Source: Pyrinomonadaceae bacterium
GTDB taxonomy: Bacteria; Acidobacteriota; Blastocatellia; Pyrinomonadales; Pyrinomonadaceae
DNA: 64,000 nt
NCBI GenBank assembly: GCA_041744135.1
Contig: JBGTLM010000107.1
Coordinates: forward strand, 4,488 to 68,487
Direction of reading: 5' to 3'
Below the pieces are notes generated by a model. It worked only from the letters and a program-made list of their open reading frames with translations, did not search any database and was not told where the DNA came from. Both the position numbers and the translations under genes were made by a program. Shown here one piece after another: positions 9,318 to 18,941 of the stretch (the stretch's first letter is position 1; the number at the start of each line of letters is the position of its first letter).

Positions 9318-10697
9318 TTATCCCCCAGCTTGCCCGGTAAACAACCTGGTATCTACACTCTTGGGATCTCCCAGCACGACGAAGCGGATGTTGCGCATGT
9401 ACTTTTGCGCGACACGCTGCACATCTTCGGCCGTGACGGCGCGTAAGCGTGGCAAGAAGACGAAAGTGTTGCGCCAACCGCCACCGATGATCTCATACTG
9501 CGCCAGCTCACCGGCCTGAGCGGCGTTGGTTTCCTGGCCCAGGTAATGACGCGTTAGGAAATGTTGCACGGTTGAGTCAAGCTCCTCCCCTGGGAGAGAC
9601 TCGCGCTGAAGTCGAGTGATCTCGTCCAACATCACACGGATCGACTGGTTAGCATCGACGGAGGTCACATAGATCCCGCCGACATTCGCGCCCTGACTCC
9701 AAAGGAAGGCATCGGGTGCGTAGGATAGATTCCGTTTGTGCCGGACTTCGATAAAGACCCGGTTCTGCAAAATGGTCGAAGCGACACGCATTGCGTAGAT
9801 GTCCGGCGCCGCTAAGTTGGGTGCCGTGAATACCCCCTGCACGTAATTGGTCGGAAGTGCGCGTTCCGTCACTTGAACCGAAGGCGCGGCGAAGGAGAGC
9901 TCCTGCAGCGGACCCGGATTGTAGTCGCCGCGTGGAAGTTTTCCGAAGCTGGCGGCAATGCGGCTGCGTATCATCTGCGGGTCGAGGTCGCCAACCACGA
10001 CGAGCAACAGCCGCGAGGTCTCCATAACTTGCTTGTGATATCGACGCAGATCTGCGGCGGTCAGGCGGGACACCGAGTCGGCAGTCCCGCGTGGGTCGTT
10101 GAGGTACGGATGACCCTCGTATGCCACGCGCGCCTGCAAGAGTTGCAGGTATGAGTCGGGCGTGTCGGTGTCGTCACGCAAGGAAGCGACCATTCTGTTG
10201 CGCACGCGTTCGACGTCGTCGGCAGTGAAAGCGGGCCTGAGAGCCACGTCGGTAAAAATCTCCCACGAGCGGTCGAAATTCGCACGCGTCGAAGCCATGG
10301 TCAGACCCGAATAGTCGTAGTTAACGCCGGAGCCGATCGTCGTAGCCATGCGGGAAAGCTCCACGCGCATACGCTGACGCGGGAAGCTCACAGTCGCCTC
10401 CGACGCGGTGTCGAGCATCAGATTCTCTACGCCCCCCTTCTCTGGAGTGGTGTTGCGCACACCGCCCTTGATAAAGAGACCCGCGACCACCGTCTGCGTG
10501 GCGGCGCGGTGCTTGACGAGGACCTTCAGCCCGCTTACGTCGAACTCGGTGACGAGCGAGATCGGATCTATAGGCGTGATCGCTCTTTCCGCAACGGCGG
10601 ACTTTGCCGCATCCCGGGCGGTCGGTGGCGACTGCTGTTGGGCAGCCGCCGGAGTTACTGAAACCAGTAAGGCAAGGCTGAGCGCCCAAATCCGCAT
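9318..10697 (-). CDS. M16 (pitrilysin) family peptidase-like protein lacking the HxxEH motif (partner subunit)
   Basis: M16 two-domain length. Signal peptide MRIWALSLALLVSVTPAAA from the ATG at 10697. No HxxEH motif. Sits immediately downstream of the catalytic M16 gene. Confidence 0.75.
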   Translation of the reverse strand: MRIWALSLALLVSVTPAAAQQQSPPTARDAAKSAVAERAITPIDPISLVTEFDVSGLKVLVKHRAATQTVVAGLFIKGGVRNTTPEKGGVENLMLDTASEATVSFPRQRMRVELSRMATTIGSGVNYDYSGLTMASTRANFDRSWEIFTDVALRPAFTADDVERVRNRMVASLRDDTDTPDSYLQLLQARVAYEGHPYLNDPRGTADSVSRLTAADLRRYHKQVMETSRLLLVVVGDLDPQMIRSRIAASFGKLPRGDYNPGPLQELSFAAPSVQVTERALPTNYVQGVFTAPNLAAPDIYAMRVASTILQNRVFIEVRHKRNLSYAPDAFLWSQGANVGGIYVTSVDANQSIRVMLDEITRLQRESLPGEELDSTVQHFLTRHYLGQETNAAQAGELAQYEIIGGGWRNTFVFLPRLRAVTAEDVQRVAQKYMRNIRFVVLGDPKSVDTRLFTGQAGG

Positions 10698-10761
10698 GAT
10701 GGTGCCCAAAAGTTTTCCTGTTCCTAGTTCGTCTCCCGCCGTGCCAGCAGGGAGCAATGTT

Positions 10762-12222
10762 TTATTTGTTTGCCGTAGTTGCATTCTGTTTCCTATTACC
10801 GATCAAATCTTCCTGGGTAAGCTGTGATTGCTTGAGCGACTCTTCAGACATGAGCGCGAGGCCAACGTGCGGCTTGCCATGAACGTAGGTCGTGACATAG
10901 CGGCCAATATCAGCTCGGGAGGTCTTGCGCAGGTTACCCAGATAGCCCCGGAAGTAATCAATGCCGGTCGAGGCCCACCAAAAACTGAGGGTATGCGTGT
11001 ATTCGCTTACCTTCTCCCGTTCGAATAAGTCCTCGGCCTCCAGGAGCGCCTTGGCCGTTTCCAACTGCTCATCCGTGTAATAGTCGCGGTCGTTGAAGTG
11101 CTCGATTTCGTTGTAGATAGCCCGCACCGCAGCCCGCGCCTTGTCGGGTGTAGTCTGCGCGATGATATTGATCGGCCCGACGTTGCGCTGGGTGTAGTAG
11201 CCGAGGTTGACGCCTGTCACGAGGCCTGTGTCCACGAGCGCTCGCTGAAAGCGCGAGTTCGGCTGGCGCAGAATGAAGGAAAAGACGTCTGCTGCGTACG
11301 TGCCGGGATTGTCTTTACCGATCGAAGGACCATGCCAACCGATCATGATGATCACATTCTGGATGGGCTGGCGAATCACCATTCCCTCGCTCTTTTCTAG
11401 CGGTGGATGCTCGACCGGCGGAAACTCCGCAAACGGATCCTTCTCGCGACGCGGCCAGTCGCCGAAGAGATCGCTGACCAGCTGGAAGACCTCGTCTGAC
11501 TTCACAGCGCCGGTGACTACTACGGCGGAATTGTTTGGAACGTAGTAGCGACCCTGAATGAGCCGCATCATGTCGGTTGTCGCCGCGCGTACGGTCTGAC
11601 GGTTGCCACCCGGGTTCTTGCGGCTCGGGTATTTGTAGAACAGACGAGTGTTCATCTCGAGCGACAAGTAACCGAACGGGTTTGATTCGTGGCGATCGAG
11701 TTCGCCGATAACGACCTCGCGCTCTTGTTCCAACTGTCGCTCGTCGAAGAGCGGGTAGCGCACAGCGTCGCGCATAAAACGCATCGCCACCCCAAAGTTG
11801 GGTGTGGTGGTTGTGAAGTAGTAGTTGACTAGTTCTTCGTGTGTCTGCCCGTTATAGACGATACCGAGCTGATCAATCGACTGCACGTAATCTTCCCGGT
11901 CTTTGATGGCGCGGTTGGCCTTGAAGAACATGTGTTCGTAAAGATGTGAAAGGCCGTTCAGTTCCGGCGGTTCAGTGTAGGAGCCGTTTTTGACAGCCAG
12001 CTCGACGCTCACGAGCGGCACCGAATGATCTTCCAACACCAGAACTTCCAACCCGTTCGTCAGCACGCGGCTCTGGATCTTCGCGTCCGGCATGCGCGCG
12101 GTTGCCGTCGCAGCCGATGTTTGCGCCGTAGCTCGTGGCGGAGTTCGGCTCTGGCTGGCGGAAATCGCCGATGACGCCAGCAAAGAATTAATCAGGAAAA
12201 GAGTTATAAGATTACGTTTCAC
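10762..12222 (-). CDS. M16 family zinc peptidase (catalytic subunit)
   Basis: GLSHLYEHMFFK contains HxxEH. GTG start at 12222 with GGAG about 6 nt upstream. Signal-peptide-like N-terminus. Confidence 0.8.
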   Translation of the reverse strand: MKRNLITLFLINSLLASSAISASQSRTPPRATAQTSAATATARMPDAKIQSRVLTNGLEVLVLEDHSVPLVSVELAVKNGSYTEPPELNGLSHLYEHMFFKANRAIKDREDYVQSIDQLGIVYNGQTHEELVNYYFTTTTPNFGVAMRFMRDAVRYPLFDERQLEQEREVVIGELDRHESNPFGYLSLEMNTRLFYKYPSRKNPGGNRQTVRAATTDMMRLIQGRYYVPNNSAVVVTGAVKSDEVFQLVSDLFGDWPRREKDPFAEFPPVEHPPLEKSEGMVIRQPIQNVIIMIGWHGPSIGKDNPGTYAADVFSFILRQPNSRFQRALVDTGLVTGVNLGYYTQRNVGPINIIAQTTPDKARAAVRAIYNEIEHFNDRDYYTDEQLETAKALLEAEDLFEREKVSEYTHTLSFWWASTGIDYFRGYLGNLRKTSRADIGRYVTTYVHGKPHVGLALMSEESLKQSQLTQEDLIGNRKQNATTANK

Positions 12223-12702
12223 AAAAGCTCCGTTGATGGTTTGTTCCGTTTTCAGAAAAGACGTTCGATGAGACCAGGCAACATTTAGATGCAGCCCGAA
12301 TAGGGTTCATCTAGATATCTTCGACTCAGACTCTTCCGAGGTTAGCTTTCCAGCCTGAAATTCACAAATGACGGCGGGGTGAAAGGGTTGGCTTAACAGC
12401 GCAGGAGGTGCTTGCAGAAGGTAACTAGAGGCAAGCTTTTGGCTCGCCGCTCCTGGGTTACGTCAATAAAATTACCCACCCCGAAAGGGCGTAGATAACC
12501 TCACATTTCGGAATATCTGGAGAGGTAGAGACTGTAGCGCTATTAAATATGACCGCCGCTATGTTTGGCGATGGTCTTGGCTGCGCCCTTCCAGGACGGT
12601 TGTGGTGGTGCGGACTGATCCCGGCTGCGCGCAAAGCCTTGCTCCTCGCTACTCTTTGCCGCGCGTCCGGGGTGGCTGAGTTGACCGGTTGCTCAGTCAA
12701 GT

Positions 12703-14409
12703 CTAACGATTTCTCTTTTTGGCGACCAGTCTCTTAGCTTTTTCTCTCAGTACCCTGCCATAGGTGGTGCCATTCGCTGAAAAGACACTCCTCGACCAGG
12801 CCACTTTTAACAGCCGCCCCGTTACGTTATTCTTTTCAAATTGGAAGACATACATCTCGCGATTCGTGGGCACATAGAGCACGAGTCGGTGGCGGGAGGT
12901 GCGACCCTTTGTCTCGGTCCCGGTAAAGAGAACTTCATCGTACTCGTCGCCGTCAGCATCAATCGTTTCCGCATTCCAATCGCCATTGCGGAAGCTCCTG
13001 GTATCAAGCTGACCTCGGGCTGAAACGCGAAACACTCCACCCCGTTTCTCCATCATCAGAAAACGGGCGGCGCCGACAATGCGTTCGTTTTGAATTGCGG
13101 CCAATGCGGCTCCCGAGGCTGTTTGAAGGATTTGCACGTCACCGACGTAACCTTGAGATCCACTGGCGGCGATCTTTCGCGCCCGGTCCAGTGTCAGAGG
13201 TGGAGTTAACATCGTGTCGGACAAGACGGCGTCCGTATGGTTGGCATAACCATCTCTGTTCAAGGTTAACTTTTCCCCACTGAGAACAGTACCGCTCGGA
13301 AGTACCGCCCTGGCTGCCAATTGAGCGGTGGAAGAGTCCTGTACAAACTTAGTGGCGGTTTCGCCGCTGTTTCCCCAAACAAAGAGCAAGGCACCAAAGA
13401 AAATAACCGTGGCCAGCGGCGCTGCCAGGCGAAATATTATGCTGCTTTGTTCGGCGAGCACTGCCATCGTGGAGGAGAGTGGGTCGGGTTCCGGCCTAAG
13501 CTCTGGCCGCACCAAACTCTTCTCCAAAATTGCTCGCGCAGCCGCCGCCGTCCGGGGTCGGTGCTCCGGGCGCTTGGCAAGCAGAGTGTGCACCGCAATC
13601 GCAAGTTGTTTGGGAATGTCCTGACGCAGCTGCGGCAAAGGTGGCGCTGGAGCCGTTACCTGTTTCACTAATACCGCCGATGGCAAAGGATCTATAAACG
13701 GCGGACGGCCTGCCAACATCTCGTAGAGCACAACCCCTAGGCTGTAGAGATCGCTGCGAGCGCCAACGCGCTGGCCCAGACACTGCTCGGGCGACATGTA
13801 TCGTGGCGTGCCAACTAACTGACCTGAACCGGTCGTCGCGTGCGTCTCCGTTGATTCTGCCGAGGTCACCAGCACCTTTGCTACTCCGAAGTCCAGCACA
13901 CAGACTCCTCGTTCATTAAGCATGATATTCGAGGGTTTGAGATCCCGGTGGATGATGCCGAGTTGATGTGCCTCTTCCAGTACATCGCAAATCTGTACGG
14001 CTATCTTAACAGCTCGTTCCGGGGAGAAACGACCATCACGGACCAATGCTTCCGACAACGTCGTACCGTCAACAAGCTCCATGATGATGAAATGACGACC
14101 ATCCGGCAGGTTGCCGGCGTCAAAAATCATCGCTGCGTGACGATGGCGCAGTCTGGCCATAGTGCGAGCTTCCCTTAGAAAGCGATCGGCCACGTCTCGG
14201 TCAGCGGCAAACTCCTGTTTGATAATTTTGACAGCGACGGGACGTTCCAGTCCCAGGTGTGTTGCGCGATAAACCGTGCCCATGCCGCCGCGGCCGATCT
14301 CACATTCGATTCGGAACCTGCCGGCGATGAATTGAGGGACATCCATACCTGACCTGCTTTCGGGATAAAGGTCGCTGGGGGCCATTTTAGGGCGAGGAGA
14401 TTGGCGCAT
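12703..14409 (-). CDS. Ser/Thr protein kinase with a single TM segment and an extracytoplasmic C-terminal domain
   Basis: GRGGMGTVY...VAVK, HRDLKPSNIML, DFG and SPE motifs. TM segment IIFRLAAPLATVIFFGALLFVW. Start assigned to the ATG at 14409; 14385 and 14346 are also possible. The longer tracked ORF runs into repeat sequence. Confidence 0.85.
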   Translation of the reverse strand: MRQSPRPKMAPSDLYPESRSGMDVPQFIAGRFRIECEIGRGGMGTVYRATHLGLERPVAVKIIKQEFAADRDVADRFLREARTMARLRHRHAAMIFDAGNLPDGRHFIIMELVDGTTLSEALVRDGRFSPERAVKIAVQICDVLEEAHQLGIIHRDLKPSNIMLNERGVCVLDFGVAKVLVTSAESTETHATTGSGQLVGTPRYMSPEQCLGQRVGARSDLYSLGVVLYEMLAGRPPFIDPLPSAVLVKQVTAPAPPLPQLRQDIPKQLAIAVHTLLAKRPEHRPRTAAAARAILEKSLVRPELRPEPDPLSSTMAVLAEQSSIIFRLAAPLATVIFFGALLFVWGNSGETATKFVQDSSTAQLAARAVLPSGTVLSGEKLTLNRDGYANHTDAVLSDTMLTPPLTLDRARKIAASGSQGYVGDVQILQTASGAALAAIQNERIVGAARFLMMEKRGGVFRVSARGQLDTRSFRNGDWNAETIDADGDEYDEVLFTGTETKGRTSRHRLVLYVPTNREMYVFQFEKNNVTGRLLKVAWSRSVFSANGTTYGRVLREKAKRLVAKKRNR

Positions 14410-14588
14410 CCATACGGCGCTGGAAATAAGCACTAATTGTTGTGTTGTCTGGGGGGGGGAGAAGCACCGGCTGCCACCGATTATGCCAGCGCAGTCTAAC
14501 ACCTTTGCCAGTCGATAGGAATACCCTTTGACAAAACCCAATCCCGCCTCTGGTGAGGCTGAGTGAAAATCCAAAAAGGGCGGGGGTG

Positions 14589-14877
14589 ATTTGCAGGTTA
14601 GCTTTCCAGCTCGCCGAAGCGGCGAGCAAATATCACTTGAAACTTTCTAGCCTGTAATAAACACAACTTACAGGCAAGTTTCTAGTGAGGAAGCCGGACC
14701 CTGTCTCCGCCTCAACCTTGAAAGCCACTCAGAAACGCGTGGAGATTTCGGTTCAACCATTTGCGAGCCATGTGCGGAAGCTCCTTTGGAGGGGGGGAAT
14801 GAATTGAGTGTTAGTCTAAACGATTCTTGTTTTCGTCGTAAGAGCGGGGACAGGGTCCGCCTTCCTGACCTGAGAGG
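14589..14877. repeat. family-C element (ATTTGCAGGT terminus, internal GGACCCTGTC / GACAGGGTCC hairpin arms)
   Basis: ATTTGCAGGTTAGCTTTCCAGC on the left, GGGGACAGGGTCCGCCTTCCTGACCTGAGAGG on the right. It shares motifs with 58069-58262 and 60549-60732. Confidence 0.5.
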
Positions 14878-14936
14878 CGACTAAGTTTGAGTGGTTGATT
14901 TGCAGCTGAGTGGTTCAGGAGCTTTGGTCTGTTGAC

Positions 14937-16031
14937 TTACGTGGGTTGGTCCACGGCGTTGGGGATCCAGAAGGTCTGGCCGTCGGCTTCCACACTCTTC
15001 AATCCTTTTTTCGGAAGATCTTTTTCTTTAAGACCAAGGAAAGTGAAATGGGGCAGGTCGCTCAGAACAGTCTGAAACCAGCCATGCTTTCCCAGAATTT
15101 CCCGCACGCGTGGGTTGTCAAACTCGGTAACGTCCAGAGCGAGCATGGCGATGTGTTGCGAAGTGCCCGGGGCCGCGATCGAATACAGAATCGATTTGGA
15201 GAGATCTTTGCTGAAGAAAATGCCGCTCTTTTCCAGTTCCAGAACCTCCGCAACCTGATTGTGGAGCGGCAAGTTGAGCAAACGTGAGACCTGTTCGGCG
15301 GTTAGTCTCCCCTGACCGAGCCAATAGTCGAGTGCCGGCAGAAAGCGTGTGTCCCAAAGGCGCAAGCTATCCTCATAATTGCGGCGGGCTGCTTCTGCAC
15401 CGCCTCGTGGCGTGATATCAAGATTCTCCTGCGCGGCCTCAGCGCGCGCTTTCAGTAGCTTTTTCATCGCCTCCGGCTGGAGTTCGATCTCTGCATCGGC
15501 GATTGTCTCTGTCGTAAATCCGGCGGCTTCCTGGAACCGCGTCACCTGCTCCTCCGCGGTGAACACACAAACAGGCGGCGGCGTCACGTTTTTTACTGCC
15601 AGAAAAATCGCGCCGTACTCTTCGAGAATTCTTCGCGCTACCACGTCAGAAGTGGGGCAGATACTCTCTATCTTTAGTTTGCGTTTCTTCAACGCTTTAC
15701 GTAGCGTTTCGTAGAAGGGCGCGGGGGCGTGGTTCTTTTTTTCCTTCTCTGTTTCGGCGCTGACCATCAGGTTGACACCAGTTCTAATTTCTACGCTCGA
15801 AGTGTTCCACGGTTTTGCCGAAACCGGAAACAGCGAACCAAGCTGTGAAATCATCAAGAAAGCCAACAAACCAAAACAGAAGCTGATTCGCCTGAATGAA
15901 CTTTTCCCAGGTGAACCCTTCCACGCGGAATCCGAGCGGCCACTCTCTCCCAAAAACAACAGCACACTTTTGTCCTCTAACTTCTTCCCCGGATCCGCAT
16001 CATAGTTGTGCTCAATTGAGCTGGTCAACAA
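14937..16031 (-). CDS. secreted M15/VanY-like (LAS-fold) D-Ala-D-Ala carboxypeptidase family protein, tentative
   Basis: APGTSQHIAMLALD resembles the SxHxxGxAxD zinc motif, and GKHGWFQTVLSDLPHFTF resembles the C-terminal His motif. Signal-like ISFCFGLLAFLMISQLGSLFPVSA. Start codon uncertain. Confidence 0.45.
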   Translation of the reverse strand: MLTSSIEHNYDADPGKKLEDKSVLLFLGESGRSDSAWKGSPGKSSFRRISFCFGLLAFLMISQLGSLFPVSAKPWNTSSVEIRTGVNLMVSAETEKEKKNHAPAPFYETLRKALKKRKLKIESICPTSDVVARRILEEYGAIFLAVKNVTPPPVCVFTAEEQVTRFQEAAGFTTETIADAEIELQPEAMKKLLKARAEAAQENLDITPRGGAEAARRNYEDSLRLWDTRFLPALDYWLGQGRLTAEQVSRLLNLPLHNQVAEVLELEKSGIFFSKDLSKSILYSIAAPGTSQHIAMLALDVTEFDNPRVREILGKHGWFQTVLSDLPHFTFLGLKEKDLPKKGLKSVEADGQTFWIPNAVDQPT

Positions 16032-16182
16032 ACGAGCGCCGCATCAATCCTTGCCCGCCTTGCCGGCGGGGATGAATTGACAGATACCGGATGAAGTGAG
16101 GTGTGGTTAGGATGCCTCTCAGTTAATACCATGAGATTCTGCTTGCGCTATACTGACCCAGCACTTCAATGCAAGAGGGGTG

Positions 16183-16524
16183 ATGAAACAGAGAGACCGC
16201 ATCTGTGAGATCCTGGCAACCTACCGGAAGCACGGGTGGCAACTGCGACGCCTACTGCTGGTCTCAGAAACACGCGCCGAAGAATTCAATAAGGACGAGC
16301 TCACGTTTGAAGGGGCTAGAGTCGATGAGGCGAATGTAGACGCGATGTGGTTTTCCCGTCCCTCAACTGGTAACCGGGAAGCTTGGGAATTGCGGCTGAT
16401 AGCTGAAAACCCTTATGCGTTGTTTGAAACTTTCGCAGCTGACGACCCGCAAGAAGCACATGAAAAAGTGCGCCAGGAAATGGAAGCAAGAATGAGGGAG
16501 CTTATCACCAGGAAACGTCCGTGA
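16183..16524 (+). CDS. hypothetical protein
   Basis: Single long ORF in its interval, with coding-like composition. No motif recognised. Confidence 0.5.
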   Translation: MKQRDRICEILATYRKHGWQLRRLLLVSETRAEEFNKDELTFEGARVDEANVDAMWFSRPSTGNREAWELRLIAENPYALFETFAADDPQEAHEKVRQEMEARMRELITRKRP

Positions 16525-16529
16525 GAAGT

Positions 16530-17546
16530 CTACTGCTTGCCCATCTTCACTGGTATCTCGAGGTTCTCTGTGCCGCGCATCACCACAACCTTGATAGTGC
16601 TATAAGGTATCGCGCGTATCACGCGAGAACTGAGTTCTTCAGGAGTGCGGATGGGCGTCCCGTCAAACTGAACAATGATGTCGCCTTCCTTTATTCCGGC
16701 GAGATCGGCAGGGCGGCTCTGGCTGATGTCATTCACCTTCACACCGAAAATCTTTGTTCCGGGAATCGGGACCCGCTCAGTGTCGTCATCGTCGAAACCA
16801 AATAGACCGCGGCCTTCAGGTCGATTCCGAAAATCCCTTACCAATCGATCAAAATCTTCTTTGGAGACGGTGGTCAGCGTCGTGGTTTTCGGCTCACCAT
16901 CTCGGGTGTAAATCACCTCGACAGGTTTTCCAATGGGAGTGCGACGCATTAAATCGGTCATCTCATCTTCATCATCTATTACCTGACCGTCAAAGCTGGT
17001 TATTACGTCTCCGCCGATGAGTCCAGCTCTGTCCGCAGGGCCTCCGGGAGGCTCGACGCTATCGAAGGTGACCCCGCCTTCGCCAGTCTCAAAGGAACTA
17101 ACACCGACATAAGCACGCGGAGCAGGGGGCGCTGAAGACGTAGGAGTCATGGTTCTACGTATCGGCGTCACGACCGCCGTGAAGGCAGCGGCCGCGATGA
17201 AAAAGATCAAGAGGCCTATAAACATCCATGTCATCCCGCTCATCTTCTTGCCTCGCTTAGCCATTTGACGTCCGGTCCCTGGGATCATGGACCCACCTGA
17301 TGTACCGTAGGCGGTGGCAAAGGGTTGCTGCGACGAGGCGGCACTATTGTCTGCAAGATTCACTGGCCGGCCGTTTTCAAGACGAATCGTCTCCGTATAC
17401 TCCGCTGGGCCCTCACCCAACCGAAAACCGCAGTTGCGACAAAAACGCAAGTCGCGCGGCATTGGTGTGCGGCAGTTTGAGCAGACCGTGATGCTCGCAT
17501 CCGATTGTGGCATTCCTTGATTCTGGGACATGTGAACGTTTACCAA
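16530..17546 (-). CDS. zinc-ribbon / TM / double-PDZ protein
   Basis: CSNCRTPMPRDLRFCRNCG (zinc ribbon). TM segment WMFIGLLIFFIAAAAFTAVV. Two PDZ-like cores (GGPADRAGLIGGDVITSFDG, SRPADLAGIKEGDIIVQFDG). The start may be the ATG at 17531. Confidence 0.7.
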   Translation of the reverse strand: MVNVHMSQNQGMPQSDASITVCSNCRTPMPRDLRFCRNCGFRLGEGPAEYTETIRLENGRPVNLADNSAASSQQPFATAYGTSGGSMIPGTGRQMAKRGKKMSGMTWMFIGLLIFFIAAAAFTAVVTPIRRTMTPTSSAPPAPRAYVGVSSFETGEGGVTFDSVEPPGGPADRAGLIGGDVITSFDGQVIDDEDEMTDLMRRTPIGKPVEVIYTRDGEPKTTTLTTVSKEDFDRLVRDFRNRPEGRGLFGFDDDDTERVPIPGTKIFGVKVNDISQSRPADLAGIKEGDIIVQFDGTPIRTPEELSSRVIRAIPYSTIKVVVMRGTENLEIPVKMGKQ

Positions 17547-17779
17547 TCTTAGATCTAGAGGTCAAAGAAGGGCCTCCAAAGCCTATACGCCAAATAACTC
17601 TTTCCGGTTGCAGGCCTGGGCACATTGTAGGTCTTATATTTATGAGACCCAATCCCTGGGATTCCAGTGTCTAATAAGCCTTTTATAAGAATCAAGCGCT
17701 GGTGAATGGCTTGCTAAGGCCCGCCGATAGACATCTGCGCGCCTTAGGCGCAGAATTCTGAAATCTTGGGCGAGTTTAG

Positions 17780-18034
17780 GTGCCCAATCGGGGTGAACTT
17801 AAGGGGGAATTAGATACTGTGGAGATTACAAAAGCTTTAGCGGCTCTCCGGCCGCTTTACGGCAAGGATAATGTCGAGATTGTAACGCTCGATGGCCAGC
17901 GGGTGCGCGGCACAGTTCGGAGCATGAAAACCACCCAGGCCCTAACCACTCCGAGCGTCAAGATTGAATGCGCCAATGGCGAGATCGTCAAGATTCCATT
18001 TCCCTCAATCGCCGAAATTAAAGACTACAACTAG
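17780..18034 (+). CDS. small hypothetical protein
   Basis: GTG-initiated ORF followed directly by a terminator hairpin. Confidence 0.4.
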   Translation: MPNRGELKGELDTVEITKALAALRPLYGKDNVEIVTLDGQRVRGTVRSMKTTQALTTPSVKIECANGEIVKIPFPSIAEIKDYN

Positions 18035-18044
18035 CTTGCTCTCA

Positions 18045-18082
18045 GGGGTCGCAGGCGAAGTTTCTGCGCAACCCCATTTCTT
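18045..18082 (+). terminator. rho-independent terminator
   Basis: GGGGTCGCAG-GCGAAGTTT-CTGCGCAACCCC followed by ATTTCTT. Confidence 0.5.
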
Positions 18083-18173
18083 AGATTCGAGTCTCGCGTT
18101 TCTGTTCCTCATCGCGTATAGTACGCCGTTTTAGAATTTCGAAGTATCTGAAGTTTGGGAGACATCATCGGCC

Positions 18174-18779
18174 TTGTCATTAATAATTGAAGATTTCGGA
18201 GGACGCGTGGCAACGGTTTGGTCGGAACTCCGTCCCACGACGCGAGGCCTGGTTGAACGAGCGCTACAGGCCTCTAATTTATCTTCGTCCCAGGTGCGTG
18301 CCCCTTACGACCCTCGCGCGGATCTGGAATTAAGTCGCTTGCTGACGGCGCTTGACGATCGGGCTTTGGAGCCGGGCGCGTCGTTGGGCAGCGAAAAGGG
18401 AGATCAACTAAAACATGTGGCTGACACTTGCGCTGCGGTCTTACAGGAGAAGACGCAGTCGGCCGAAGTTTTTTCCCAGCTCGTCCGCAGGGCCGAGCAG
18501 CAGCGTGACTACCGGCGCATTGACGTCTTGGCGGATGCGTTGACCTCTCGCTTTGCCCCGAGTGAGATCTGCGAGTTGGCCCGCTCGGAAGATGTGGTGG
18601 TGCGGGCTCTGGCCAATGAGGCATTGGCACAGTTTCCCACGACGGTGCTGGTAGGTTTATTGAGCGATCCGGTTGATTCGGAGATCGCTCGCGATGCCCT
18701 GCGTCGCCAAGCCATGGAGTACGGATCCGAGGAAGCCCGCAGGATAGTCAACGCCCTTGACCAGGTTGACGAACTCTAA
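18174..18779 (+). CDS. hypothetical protein, HEAT-like helical repeats
   Basis: Long ORF. Repeats of the type EDVVVRALANEALAQFP...LLSDPVDSEIARDAL. Confidence 0.45.
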   Translation: MSLIIEDFGGRVATVWSELRPTTRGLVERALQASNLSSSQVRAPYDPRADLELSRLLTALDDRALEPGASLGSEKGDQLKHVADTCAAVLQEKTQSAEVFSQLVRRAEQQRDYRRIDVLADALTSRFAPSEICELARSEDVVVRALANEALAQFPTTVLVGLLSDPVDSEIARDALRRQAMEYGSEEARRIVNALDQVDEL

Positions 18780-18941
18780 CCCGATTCGGTGATACAAGTC
18801 CGCTCTTTCTTGTTTTTGAGCGAGGTGTGGCTGAAACAACGGACTCGAAAATCGCGAATTGCCCTTGGTGTATTTTCGTGGATCGCCTTCCTTTTGGTTG
18901 CGGCTAACAACCGCGATGTGAAATTTGCGTAATCTGTGGTA

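Noticed and set aside
12223-12702. Small ORFs (12458-12700 minus strand, 12549-12737 plus strand) in the 480-bp gap downstream of the kinase.
   Set aside because: They overlap each other on opposite strands, have Pro/Arg/Ala-rich translations and no start context. The region more likely holds terminator or promoter sequence and repeat fragments.
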